Positions 24,500-44,099 of a stretch of 64,000 nucleotides of DNA are shown here, piece by piece (the first letter of the stretch is position 1; every line of letters starts with the position of its first letter). This stretch comes from Guillardia theta CCMP2712 (Eukaryota > Protista > Cryptophyta): NCBI RefSeq assembly GCF_000315625.1, contig NW_005434636.1, positions 62,001 to 126,000 of the forward strand. Direction: 5' to 3'. Under the pieces are notes generated by a model that was given only the letters and a program-made list of their open reading frames with translations, ran no database searches and was not told the origin of the DNA. Made by a program: the position numbers and the translations under genes.

Positions 24500-26404
24500 T
24501 CACTCCGACTCGCTCTTGGACCCAGACGCCGCAAGCCCCTCCGATGCCTTCGCCTGCATGCATGTCAGCCTCCTCTCCTCTCCCTCGTTTGGCCTGCCAC
24601 CATTCTCCCTCCTCCTCACTGACCTGAGCAGCCTTCTTTGCCTGACGTGCTGCGCGGGCAGCCAGGAACTTGGCCCTGACCTCATCGATCTCCTCGGGCT
24701 TGAGTTTTCCCTCCTCCTGCCTCCGCGTCAACCAACTGTCTTAGGTATCTGACCTCCTTACCGTGTCGTCCTTGATCCAGAACTTGGCGTCGAAGATCGA
24801 AACCTTGTCCTCCTCCTCCATCTTCTTCTCGGGCTTCTCAGAGACTTCTGGGAGGCCCATGCCCTGCGTAGAGCGTGAGGGTCTGCGGTTGCGGAGAAAG
24901 ACAAGATACAAGGAAGTCGTCGAACTTCTTGTACACAGCCTTCACGCCTCTGATCCATCCCTCCTGATACCAAACTGTCATGTTTGAGCACCCAGCTGTG
25001 CCATCTTCAACCTCGTTGATCTGCTCTTGCATTTTCTTCTCCGCCTCAGTCTGGATGCCGAAGTCTGCATAGCTATCAGACGAGCACGGGTCCCTTCCAG
25101 CGCTTCCTACCAACATGAGCGGCAGCTGCCTCCAGCTGCGGCTTGAACTGGTTCTTGATGTACACCTTCGCCACGTCAGCTTCTGCTCCCGCAGTTTCAC
25201 AGCTTATGTCACCTGGATGGCTGTTGTGAGGACGGTGTTGAGGAACCAGTACAAGGAGCAGCCAGCCGGAAGGTTCAGCGCAAACCAGCCGATAAGGTAC
25301 GGGAGGATGGCAACGAGCGTCTCGGCCGACCCGTCGCCCTTCTGCTCCGAGGGCTTCTTCGCTGGCTGTCCAGCCTTGGTGATGGAGGTAGAGACGAGCT
25401 GCGCGACTACGATGAGGATGGGAAGAGCACAGTAGATGATAGTGTCGTGCCATCCAAGAGGCGGAGCTCCGTTCTGCCAGTTCTGCAGCAGCCAGGGAGC
25501 GTCTTCTCGTACCCCCACGTAGTCCGTTGGCAGTCCAGCGACAACTGGTCCTTCCAGAGAAGGAAGGAAGAGAAAGGGCTCTCCGAGCATGCGATCCTTC
25601 CCGAGGTTGAGCAGAGTGCGGTAGAGGGCGATGAAGATGGGAAATTGAATGAGAATGGGAAGGCAGCCAGCAAGGGGGTTCACTTCCTTCTCCGCGAAGA
25701 GGACACTGGTTCTCATGTTGATAAGGTCAGGGTTGTCCTTGTACTGCTCCTTGATTTTGTCAATCTCTGGCTGGATGGCTTGCATCTCGAACTGAGCTGC
25801 GTACACCTTATAGTTGAGAGGATAGGTCAAGGCCTTGATCATGAGGACGATGGCAGTAATAGACCAGCCGTAGTTCCCCGTGACGTCATGGAGCTTGATG
25901 ATCGTAGTCCTGAACAGTCCCATCCACATGCCCCAGAAGTCAGGCAGCTGCACGGAGGGAAGCTTAGGAAGAGAAAGCGAGGGGAGCGAGGGGAGCGAGG
26001 GCAGGTCCATGGGCTTGGTCAATCCAGTACCCGAGACCCCAGAGGTGACCTTGGAGATGTCGACTACATCAGCAGCTGCTGCTCCAGCATCGGCTGCGAG
26101 GAAGGTTGTCAGAAGAGAGAACAGAGGAGCTCACGTACACTGGCATACCCAAATGCATGAAGGAATGATGGACCTGCGAAGCGATGAACCCGACGTCGTG
26201 TTGAAGCAAGTCGGATGCATAATGGACTGACGACGGATCCAGCGCTGATCGCACGGTTCTAACTCCTTGTATCTTGGGCGTGTGACGAGGAATTTGAGGT
26301 GCAGCTTTGCCTGTCCTCAATGGAAGGCGGCTTGGAAGGACAGAAGGCGAAAAAGCGTTGCAGGAGGCAAGGCCGGCGACGAACATTGCGAAGAAGAGCC
26401 TCAT
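24500..26404 (-). CDS. ALB3: Plastid YidC/Oxa1/Alb3 family membrane insertase (ALB3-like)
   Basis: GNYGWSI...IKALTYPL...MQAIQPEI...VNPLAGCLPILIQFPIFIALY...LPAGCSLYW. N-terminus MRLFFAMFVAGLASCNA-F is a signal peptide with Phe at +1. Last exon AKASEGLAASGSKSESE*. Confidence 0.93.
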
Positions 26405-27526
26405 TGCCAGTGACTCTTGTGTTTGAGTGTGTATCAAGCTTCGAACTTTGATCTCTTGATCGACTTGTTGTTGCTGTCGTTCTCCTTTCTCCTACTTCTC
26501 TTCTGCTCCTCTAGCCTACACCTCGTCACACTAGCATGAAAAAGCCTGCGGCCTCCTCCTGCTATTTCCGCCAGAACATTCTTCACCATTAACATTTTTC
26601 AAATATCACGAGTACATTTCAACATTGATCTTTGATATTTTAATATCTATCAAGTAAATATTCAACATTGTGAACCAATACGCGGTGATCGGGACCCAAT
26701 CCCTTACCATCCTGACGGGTTACAACCACTACCCCCTTTTACATCTTTGTGGTACCCCTTTTTGCAGGTACCCCTCCTTTTCATACTCGAAATACCCCAT
26801 CTTTTTGGCTCATCATAACACCCTTACTTCTCCCTGCAAGTACCCCTGTGGATTGGTCATCACATTGATACCCTCCTTTCTCCCTGGTAAACTACCCGTA
26901 CTCTTAAGGTTGGGATAAGTACCCCTACCTTTGCCTTGAAAGGCCCTTCATTGACGAAGTTTGTACCTTCACCCACTAATTGGCAGTTTCTGAGTAGGGT
27001 GGGGTTATCGACAAGACGAAAATAGACGAGGGGAATGCAGATGTCGTCAGTAACGAGAAGCTGCATGGGGAGACGAAGCAAGAGGATTCAACGTAGAAAA
27101 CGATGAATAAGTTGTCCTAAAATGATCAGAGTTGAAAATAGTGAAATAGTAGTCAATCACGCTGAATCATGCGATATAGGAAGCATACCAAACGAAGAAG
27201 GGATGTGCCTGATGCTTACAAAGAGTCAACTTGCTTGTTTTTGCCATCGATAGCGAAGGTTGAATGCATGGAGAAAAACGACTGAGTGTTAGAACCTGAC
27301 TTTGATATTGCAATATGTATGATGAGTGTAGAGTTGTTTGGGCGGAGCTGGAATCAAGGATTTTCTGCTCTGCTTCTTTGGCCTTTTCACAATTTCTATG
27401 AATTCCGATCGTGATTTCAGGGACTGACAAGAGGTAGAAGCTCAATTGAAACGCCACTTGACGATTAACTCACCATGACCTTTGTTTTGTGTTGAGAGGG
27501 TTCAAAGACTGAATGTTCTTTCTAGA

Positions 27527-27838
27527 ATGTTCGCCCTGATCCAAGATGCTCACAAGCTCTCCAATGCTGTCTGGACTCAATCCTTGGTAAGCGGTCCTGA
27601 CGACTTGCCTCCTGGTCCTGGTGAATACGGCGGTGCTGTCGGAACGGTATCGGAATGTTGTCCCGTTGTTTCTTGCTCACCCCATTCGCTGTGAACAGGG
27701 TGACCTTTGGGGTGATTATTCTGCTGTCGGATTGGGATCGCGTGGAGCATATTGCGCACCTGAGATGAATGAAGCTAACACGTGAGTTGCAATCTCCAGC
27801 ATTTTGATTTTCTGACGCCTCAAAACAGCTGCAGCTAA
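27527..27838 (+). CDS. Putative 70-aa microprotein, 3 exons
   Basis: Exons 27527-27646, 27699-27781 and 27829-27838 are joined by 52-nt and 47-nt GT-AG introns (CTGAC in intron 2). Product: MFALIQDAHKLSNAVWTQSLVSGPDDLPPGPGEYGGAVGTGDLWGDYSAVGLGSRGAYCAPEMNEANTCS. Confidence 0.55.
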
Positions 27839-28094
27839 ACATGCTGCAAAAAAACGACTTGTGGAAGATGAGCCCTTGAAAGCGTGAGTTCTGAAAGATT
27901 GTCGATGTCCTGCACAACGGCTTTCGATGAGATGCCTTTCATGCTGAAGGGCTTGTTTTATTAGTAAAGCACACATTTGTGTGAATAGTATAGTTCTTAA
28001 AGGAACTATGCATCTAAGATTTTGTTCGCTACATCGCGGAACTTGCGATTAAGAATGCTGTACAGTCAATTGTTTCTTGACATTCAAAAGGGCA

Positions 28095-28706
28095 TCAAAG
28101 TGCTGTGCGATCCCATTCCCGACAAAATTTCACATCGAATGATGACGTTGAACAAATATCTTCCAAAGGCCTGTTGGAGATACTTGTAACAGGAAAAATG
28201 TGGTGAGTAGCAGCAATATGCAGAGCTCTCATTCTCCTCGGTGATGTGTGCTCTTTGTAGCAATCTGAATAGCAAATTCGTTGATTCCGCTGACGTGATC
28301 GAATGGCTGTTCTTTCCGTGTTTGAGGCGAAGTCTGAGGCAGAAGCATCATATTGGGTAGGAGGCAACTCCGCCCCCCCACCGAATCTCCGAACAAAAGA
28401 ATCCATGCGGCTTGTGACTTGCTGTTCCAGTTTGTTCAACCAGCAAAAACTCTTCAGATGACTCAAAGGCGAGCTGGCTTCCTGCAAAGACATGACCATT
28501 GCAGCATCCAATGCATGATTTTGGACATTCTCATAATTCTGGCTGTTGTCATGATCGTTGTAGGCGTGAGATTCGCAGTCTCGAAGACTAGGATTACGAA
28601 TAAGATCAAAACTCTCGAAGGACTCGGGGTTCTGATCAACGCTTGAAAGAAAGGAATCAGGTTCATACCACATGCTGTACAGCTCGATGAAAAATCTGTA
28701 TTGCAA
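28095..28706 (-). CDS. Hypothetical protein
   Basis: 203-codon ORF in otherwise empty space, convergent with the microprotein. No recognisable motif. Confidence 0.35.
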   Translation of the reverse strand: MQYRFFIELYSMWYEPDSFLSSVDQNPESFESFDLIRNPSLRDCESHAYNDHDNSQNYENVQNHALDAAMVMSLQEASSPLSHLKSFCWLNKLEQQVTSRMDSFVRRFGGGAELPPTQYDASASDFASNTERTAIRSRQRNQRICYSDCYKEHTSPRRMRALHIAATHHIFPVTSISNRPLEDICSTSSFDVKFCREWDRTAL

Positions 28707-30144
28707 GAGTCAGACGCCTCTTTTCCGAGTTCAATCAGGCAATCATGTTCGTTTCTATTTTTGCTTGGTTTTTTGCATTTCCGAACGCACATGGACTGCA
28801 ATAGTTTTCAAGCTTGCTTGCACTGTGCCTATGTATTCGTGCATGGATCATACTTCATATTTCTATAGCATCATCTCTACCATCAATTCTCTTCCAGACG
28901 AATTGTGGGGTTAAAGGTCCTAATCGTTCCAGTTCAGATTTGTGTTTCTGGACTGCCTATGGCAGAACTTACGTTAGGGAACAAATGACATAAATGGTAT
29001 GCTTGAGTTCTATCCTCCTGCATTCCTCCACTCCTCCACCCCCCCCCTCTATCCCTCCCTTCCTGGCCTTCTGCCCCATCCGACACTGTACGAGCTTCGA
29101 CATTTCGGAGATAATCCTCTCTCCGTGTCCACACGATCGGGTGGGGGTCATTATGGACCATCCACCCCTGCTCCTCATGTTCTTCAAGTACCCCTCAATG
29201 TGTATGATGGTTATTAGGGAAGTGTGGGTGATCACGCCAAATCAGACCCTACCCCCCTCTTTGACATTAAAAAACAGTTTTTATTTGGAATAAGGATTAT
29301 AAGATGTCCTTTTGGTTTGTACTTGTGCTGCTTTTAAAACATTGTATCACCGTGTAAATAAGCTTTTAGGTGACCCTGCAGTTCGGCATAAGGGTGGGGT
29401 CCTTTTCGAAATCAGGTGATTCCGGGCCCATGTAAATGACCACGGTTCACCATCTTTTGTGGTTCCAAGAGTTAAAAAAAATTCTTTTTTTATTTTACAG
29501 ATATTTTTCTATGAGGCCCCTCCCTCCTCTGAGGGCGGGAAAGGCCACCCACCCCCGTCCCAAGAAAAGATGACCCCACCCTAGGCAAATGGACACAACA
29601 GAATTGACCTTGTGTACCCCCGCAATTGAGCAAAAGTACCCAACCCTTACCCAAGGGAGCACAGTTCACCCACCCCCTGGGAAGATGCATTCGAGTTTTC
29701 CCGCCAATCGCCACAAACCCACAATGCACTAGCTCAGAGGCGGTGACGGGAAGGTGTGCGGGCAATGAAGATGATAGGGACGGCGAATAAGGAGGGAAGA
29801 TAGATGTAGATGATGAAAATGGAGATACTGAATGAATATTTGAGCATGAAGAGGAGGCTGATTGCCAGTGAAAGGAGGAAAAGAGGTTTGAATAGTTGGT
29901 CACCCGTGGGATGAAATTCAAGTCGAGAAGAGAGATAGGGGTCAAGGATGCTAACAAAATGACTGAAAGTGTATGGTCAGTCCATTCTGATGACTTTTAG
30001 AATGAATTGTTCGTGCCGAAATGCAGAAAACCACAGCTTTTGTTTGATTGCCGAGAAATGAAATACCCGGTAAAAGCTGACAGTCGAGAACGTTTGGTTT
30101 GATACTATTGAGTTGGAGATTCTGAAGATGTCTTGCAAGACTGA

Positions 30145-35024
<4,880 letters not shown>

Positions 35025-35800
35025 GATTCGTAGCCTTTCGTTGTATATTAGTTGGTGTGTACTGCTTTTGTTGCAGCCTTTTTTTTGAATCATTTCAATC
35101 AGCCTGTGATTGCCCTCATAGTGACCGAGTCGTGAGCTTCCAACTTGATGCCGTACAACCGTTGAACCGAGTCAGTGACAATCAGGAGTGACTGAGTACT
35201 GTGACTCAGAAGAGGTGACAACTTGAAGGAGTCAGTGATAGCTGAAGCAGTTCACCGGTGCGACGAGCCAGGCCCGGTACCCGTGGCTGCCATTCAAGTA
35301 GTGACGGCAGGTCACTGACCCGGTTGAACGGTTGGTTCAACGCCGTTACGTCATCACTGATGTTGACAGTTACGTTCCGTTATACCGTTCATTTTCAGTA
35401 AGTAGAGATGTAACCGTATAAACGGCCGTGGGATAGAGAATGCTGTCATGGCGATGGTGGCCGCCATGACAGGAGGAGGACGAGGAGGACGCGAGCATGC
35501 GAGAGAGGGAGGGAGGGACGGAGGGAAAGAGACTGAGATGAAGTGATGAAGAGGTCTGATCGAGGAGAACATGTGTTGAGCGCGAAAATGATGGAGGGAG
35601 CGAGCGAGAAATATGGAGAGTAGGTGCTAATGAGTAGAAGTGGAGAAAGAGGAGGGCAATGAGTTGAGTAAACCGCAGAAAGATAGAAATTGGATGTAGT
35701 TAAACCTGCACAATCCACGAATTCCTGCTTGATTCACTGCGAGGATGAGAGCTGACGTTTCTGTCGCAGGTTTATTGTTTTCATATTCATGAGCTTCAAG

Positions 35801-37654
35801 ATGAGATTCAGTTACTTCCTGCTCGCCTGTTCTCTCGGATGCATTATCGAGAGCTCTCAAGCATTTCAATTGTCTTCTCTTCATGTTTCCCCAAGCCAGC
35901 GCCAGCTTGCATCCTGCAAGAAATATACGCCGACAAGACATTGTCGAGGAGGACCTGTGCCTGTGAAGGCGACAGCCACTGCTGTAAGATTACCTCCTCT
36001 CCTCCTCCTCTCCTCCTCCTCTCCTCCTCCTCTCCTCTTTCTCTCTTCATCGCTTCTGTCCTTTTCTGCCTCTTCGCATCCATCCTCACCTCCCCCTCTC
36101 AACCTCTCACTGTGAGCAGTTCGACGAGGCGAACAAGCTCCCGACATACTCGAGGTTCGGGCAAGTCAAAGTGAAAGGAAAGTCCTTGAGCGTGCCTGTG
36201 AGTCTTGTCTCTCGGTTGCTCCTTGTGACGCGAACTGCAAGATCGGGCTGATGTTCATGCTCGGCTCCTTCGCCTGGGCTTGTCTGCTCTTCCCAATCGT
36301 TTTGCTGGTAGCAACCTCTGCGCCATGTCCGTATGCTCAGTGGTCGCAGGCCTACGCGTACAGCCTTCTCTTCGACAAGCTGAGGAGGAGAGCGGTGGAC
36401 TTCTTCGTCGCCTTGTGGGCCAAGGGAGCAATGACTTGCTTGTCTGTCCTGCTTGTCTCACGTCTTCGTCCTCACCCGCTGTTACAGGCTCTACTGGCCC
36501 AAGCTCGAAGGAAGGGAGAACCTGTTGCCTGCTAATGAGGTATGAGGAAGCGGGAGACGCATCCAAGCGTGACAGCTCCTCTCTCCTCCCTCCTCTTTTT
36601 CCTCCCTTCCTCTCTCCTGTCTTCCCTCTTTGCAGGCATGCATGTACATTCCCAACCACTGCAGGTGAGGAGCTCATGCTTACTGGGGANNNNNNNNNNN
36701 NNNNNNNNNNNNNNNNNNNNNNNNNNNNNNNNNNNNNNNNNNNNNNNNNNNNNNNNNNNNNNNNNNNNNNNNNNNNNNNNNNNNNNNNNNNNNNNNNNNN
36801 NNNNNNNNNNNNNNNNNNNNNNNNNNNNNNNNNNNNNNNNNNNNNNNNNNNNNNNNNNNNNNNNNNNNNNNNNNNNNNNNNNNNNNNNNNNNNNNNNNNN
36901 NNNNNNNNNNNNNNNNNNNNNNNNNNNNNNNNNNNNNNNNNNNNNNNNNNNNNNNNNNNNNNNNNNNNNNNNNNNNNNNNNNNNNNNNNNNNNNNNNNNN
37001 NNNNNATTGGGGGGGGGGGGGGCGACGAGGAGGAGGAGGAGGAGGAGGAGGAAGACTAAGAACTTGTCAGATCGTCCCTGTTTCCATCTGCAACCTCTAC
37101 AAATGGATGCCAGGAAGCGCTGCCACTCCTCTTGCTTTTCCCCGCAACGTGCAAGTCAAGGTCATCCAGCCTTCTGCTCTCAATGCTCCTGCGATAGCCG
37201 CCGCTTCCTCCTCCTCCTCCCTGGATGCTCCTGCTGCTCTCCTTCTTGGCAAACCCTCCCTCCCTCCCTCCCTCCCTCCCTCCCGCACCGCCTCCCTCCC
37301 CCTCCCTCCCTCCCTCCCTCTCCTCCGCCCTCGTTGCCCGCCTCCTCCTCTGCGTTCCCTTCCTCGTTCCCTTGTGCCTCACACGAATTCGCAGGTACAT
37401 CCAGCGATTGACCCTAAGGACAAGGACGAGAAAGAAATTTTGCGGTAGGAGAGGAGGGAGGGAGAGGAAACAAGAAAGGAGGAGCAGCAAGAAGAATTTG
37501 AGAAAGGAAGGAGGGTGCGGAGGAAACGAGGAGGAAGTGGAGGAGGTGCGGGAGGTGGGGAGAGGGCTGAAGAAAGTGCAGGTACGTGTTCGACTCTGTC
37601 AATCAAGGACTTCCCGAGCATCAGAAGACGGAGAAACTTGTTGAACAAGAATGA
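35801..37654 (+). CDS. Plastid-targeted 1-acyl-sn-glycerol-3-phosphate acyltransferase (LPAAT/PlsC family), interrupted by a sequence gap
   Basis: Signal peptide ending SSQA-F. TM segment, then LEGRENL and YIPNHC(S) (acyltransferase motif I) before the gap. IVPVSICNLYKWMP...VHPAID after the gap. Confidence 0.8.
36690..37005. other. Assembly gap (N run)
   Basis: 316 Ns. The gap hides central LPAAT exons. Confidence 1.
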
Positions 37655-37716
37655 TGACAGTCAGTGATGCTGTTGCTTGCTTGTGATTGAATGTCAAAAG
37701 CTCATGAACAACCTTC

Positions 37717-37815
37717 CGTTCCTCCTCCTCCACCACCACCACCTCCTCCTCCTCCTCCTCCTCCTCCTCCTCCTCCTCCTCCTCCTCCTCCTCATCATCA
37801 TCATCATCATCGTCC
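37717..37815. repeat. (CCT)n(CAT)n compound microsatellite between convergent genes
   Basis: Seen directly in the sequence. Confidence 0.9.
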
Positions 37816-37885
37816 ATCAACCCTCCACCACCTCTTCAACTCATTGAGATGAAAGTCTGTATACAAAACTGCATCCTTCTACTGC

Positions 37886-40139
<2,254 letters not shown>

Positions 40140-41182
40140 CTTGAGTTCTGTGGATTCTTGTGGGTCAACCGAAGGATGTACAAAACTGATATCTGTAGGA
40201 GACAAGATTATCTCAGAGAGAGTTTACACATGGCTGATCAGGGCAGAGGTACAAAATGAAACCAATCCAAAAACAAAATCAGTATCAACTCTTGTTGAAG
40301 TCAGACACTTTGGAAGATACAATGAAGCCAGGTGTGCAACAAGACAACAAGACGTCTCATGTCATCTTCTTCCTCTCATCTCTCATCGCTTCTCCATGAT
40401 CGCTCATGTCCTCTCACCTCTTCCTCGCGTCTAGCTCTCCTTTCTCCGTTCGGTCGAGAGCAAACTTTCGCTCTGGTGGATCGAAGAAAAACTTCTTTAC
40501 CACTGTACCCCTCCAGATACCACTCAGTCCACCATAACCACCTACCCTGACCCAATCGAGGTTTATTCTTTTTTCTACTTAGTACCAAATAGAAGTTGTC
40601 TAAAAACTCATACTGTTTTGATCTCCATCGATTCTGCACTCAGCCGCAACACGATTATTTTACACGAAAAAAAGAATGTATTTTTTTGTTTTTTTACTTT
40701 GTTTATTCCCCTCCCTCCCTCCCTCCCTCCCGCTCTCAACTCCCTTCCTCCCTGGTCCCTGGCCAACAATCACGGCTACACTATCTCTATCTTGCCCGAA
40801 ATCCATGCACGCGTACATCTCCCTTAGGTCCCTTTCCTACTTTTCAACAACCATCTCCTCTATCTCCCTTTCCCCTACTCCACCCTCACCCTCTTTCACT
40901 TTCCCCTTCTCCCTGTTTTACCTTTCTCCCTGACTTACCTGGTTTACCTCCCACGTCTACCTCCCACGTCTACCTCCCACGTCTACCTCCCTCCCTCCCT
41001 CCATCCATCCATCCATCCATCCATCCATCCCTCCCTCCCTCCCTCCCTCCCTGCTCTAACTCAGCTCTTCACTTATCCCTCCCTACATTGTTTTCGTTGC
41101 CCGCATCTTTCAGTTGGTGATTTCTCATCTTCCTTCACAGGCATAATCGTGAGAATCAGAGTGCATCTTGAGTCCTGAGAAC

Positions 41183-41818
41183 ATGGTCAATGGCCAGGAA
41201 GCTGGCGGTCAACAGCAGGGCGACGATCTGTTTGAGTTCTTGTCAGGCTATGCAAAGGAGCTCGAAGACGAGGCTGGTCAAGCTGATCCCGAGCTGCGCG
41301 AGAAGATCGCGCTGCTGCAGCGAACGATCAACAGCAGAGACTCTGTGGTGCGGGAGACCGTGCAGCGAGTCGAGAACGGTGGGATATCGGAGGTCCTGAA
41401 GCAGCTCAACAGTATGGAGGAGGCCGTGGCTTCGATAGAGCACGACATTCAGGTAGTCTTGGTCACACCACTTGGCTTCTTGCGTCTCATGCGCCAATCC
41501 AGGATGATCGCGTCCTCGGATTCCTTGCCGAAGCTCGTCCCATGTTGCAAGGAGTTCTCAGTCTGGACGGGAGCACGTATCAAGTGCACGAGGGGGAGGA
41601 GCAGAACAAGACTATCCCGGAGGGGGAGGTGCGAGCGGAAAGGCGAGGAGGTGAAGGACGGGACTAACTGGTCTTGGCTGCTTCAGGTTGACAACGGAGA
41701 ACAAGCTGCCGACGAGGTTTGCTGCTTTCCCTCGTGCTTGAATGTGGCATGACGTTGTAATGGGTGTTTGCAGCAGGGCGACACAAAGGCGGATCTGCGC
41801 AATCTGAAACTCAACTAG
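41183..41818 (+). CDS. Small acidic coiled-coil hypothetical protein (about 4 exons)
   Basis: Coding-like first exon (LREKIALLQRTINSRDSVVRETVQ...LNSMEEAVASIEHDIQ) with in-frame GT-AG joins to TAG at 41816-41818. Confidence 0.55.
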
Positions 41819-42308
41819 TGTGAAGAGCAAGAAACTGTGGTGACTATTTGCATGGCAATGCAGCAAGACAGAAAGTAAAAGTAATGTGGGAGGTTGAAGA
41901 ACGAAGGGGCAAAAAAAAGAGCAGCTGCCGACCCATATCATGTGAGGAAGTGGGGATAGTTCGAAACTTAGTTCGAGCACATCTATTAAGAAATGCCACG
42001 ATATTTGTGAGCCTTTGCTGTCTCCTGCTTCACTTCTGGAGTCAAATACAAGCCTTTTCATGCCTTGCGTCTGATGCTGGACAGTGTAGTTTGTTTCTAC
42101 TACCTTCTCCTCTCTGTCTCTTTTTAGCCATCTGTTCCTCACATCTTGTCTCCCCTGCTTCCTCTGCTTCCTCTGCTTCCTCTGCTTCCTCTGCTTCCTC
42201 TGCTTCCTCTCACTTCTTACCGCCCCTCCTCCATCCCACTGCCCGACAAAAAATTCCCAGGGCCTCATCCGGTTGTTTTATTTGGAGTAGGGCCCTTTGC
42301 GATGGCAG

Positions 42309-42313
42309 ACTGC

Positions 42314-42374
<61 letters not shown>

Positions 42375-42375
42375 A

Positions 42376-42466
<91 letters not shown>

Positions 42467-42478
42467 TGATGAGGACGA

Positions 42479-42517
<39 letters not shown>

Positions 42518-42558
42518 TGAGAAGAAGAAGAAGAAGAAGAAGAAGAAGAAGAAGAAGA
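42309..42558. repeat. Compound trinucleotide microsatellite (GCT)n(GAT)n(GAC)n(GAA)n, preceded by (CCTCTGCTT)n at ~42155-42210
   Basis: Seen directly in the sequence. Confidence 0.97.
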
Positions 42559-42744
42559 AATACAGTTGATGTTGCCGAATGCAAGCGAGTTCGAGATCAT
42601 AGAGTGTTCAGTCCGTGATGCTGATACCAGCAACTCTACAACGAATGATTGTTTTCTTGGCAACCTACCTGTTTACAATGCCTGTCCAGTTTCAATTATG
42701 AAGATCAAGTCGATGCAAGAAAACATGCTAATCCTGCTTGCTCG

Positions 42745-43949
42745 ATGATGAAGGAGAGGTAGAAGACCTGAACTCATCAAATCTTGTGTGAATGATCATT
42801 CAGTTCAAGAAACGTTGGACTGTCTTGGATAGCAGCGTTGTGTTGCGTCGGGTGACTCAGGTACTTCAACCACGAAGAAACTGAACGACTTCTCGTCTAC
42901 AGCCTGCTGGACGTCGTCACAGCTGGATGGAGCAACGGCAACTCACAAGAATTTCAGAATCAGTGAGGAGAGAGGAGAGTCCGAGAACCGCGTGACTTGT
43001 TGGGCTCAGGTTCCCAGGAACGAGCCAATGGATCGACGGGTACGGCACGCAAGGAAGTCCTGTAACGTATCTCATGCAGCATCGACTACCAGGCATGTGT
43101 TGACAATAGCACAGGTTCTGCCCTTGGAAGTGCATTCCGTATGAGCAGAACTACGATGTTCATGTACATGCTGTCAACTCGTTCCAACCGCGCTGATTTC
43201 TCGAGCAGGAAGATGGTTCAGGGATCTACAACAAGGGATGGACTTCCCAGGGTTGGACGCAACAGCAGTATGCTCCGGTCTCATCGCAAGAGTCACAAGC
43301 AGGGTATGTTCAAGCTTCCTTGGGGTTTGTGCAGGCTGGGGTAAGATGAAGCAGCTGCAGCAGTCACTCAGCTGGATCCACAGGTGTCTACGTTCTGCAA
43401 GAAACCATATTCTGTCTGCGCTTATCCAGAAGGAGACGTCCACGTTATCAATGTGAGAACTGGTGATAGCTGTATGCGACAAAGTGACAAGTGCCGTCAG
43501 GCAATGCAAGAGCTGCTCAGAAAGACTACAAAGGAGCAATGTCATATTGCCATGAAGATGTTTCTTTGCACTCTTTACAAGTAAGTGAAGGCATGCTATA
43601 ATTGCATGGGATAATCTGTCACAGGCGAAGGTGCTTGACTGCCACAGACACAGATCAAAAGTCATCGACCTATGGGAACAATGCAATCTATCCCGTGTGT
43701 TGGAGCCTTTGCATGAATGCATACACGTATGTCAGTATCGTCTGTTTGACTTGTAATCAGTCTATTTGCAGGACTTGCGACTTCGGGGCAGACAGCGCGA
43801 ATCTGATATGTGGGCAGTACATCAAATCAGGATGGGTGCAGTATTCATACGAGGAATCTTTGAAAACTTGTGACAACTCAGCTTCCAAAGCGAATCTGAA
43901 TATTCTTGTGATGTTGCTCTTCCTTCTTGTGGTTTTTCAAATAACTTAG
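42745..43949 (+). CDS. Secreted, probably GPI-anchored protein with a Frizzled-like cysteine-rich domain (about 9 exons)
   Basis: Spliced: signal peptide (GLSWIAALCCVGLLDVVTA); CHIAMKMFLCTLYKRRC...PVCWSLCMNAYTTC (Cx8Cx6C...Cx3Cx6C); C-terminal NSAS followed by a hydrophobic tail. Confidence 0.7.
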
Positions 43950-44099
43950 GAAGTTGTTTAAAAATGAGCTCGAAGCTCAAGTCGTGCGAAATGCATCGAA
44001 ACGAAACTGAGCAGAAGACTGAGCAAGTAGAGGATTAAGAATACAAATGCGATCATGAGTCTGATGTCTCTTTCAACACATGTGATGGCACCGCTACGG

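Noticed and set aside
41848-42663. Homopolymeric amino-acid ORFs (poly-M/T/R/D/H/I)
   Set aside because: Compound trinucleotide microsatellite in an intergenic spacer; no coding evidence.
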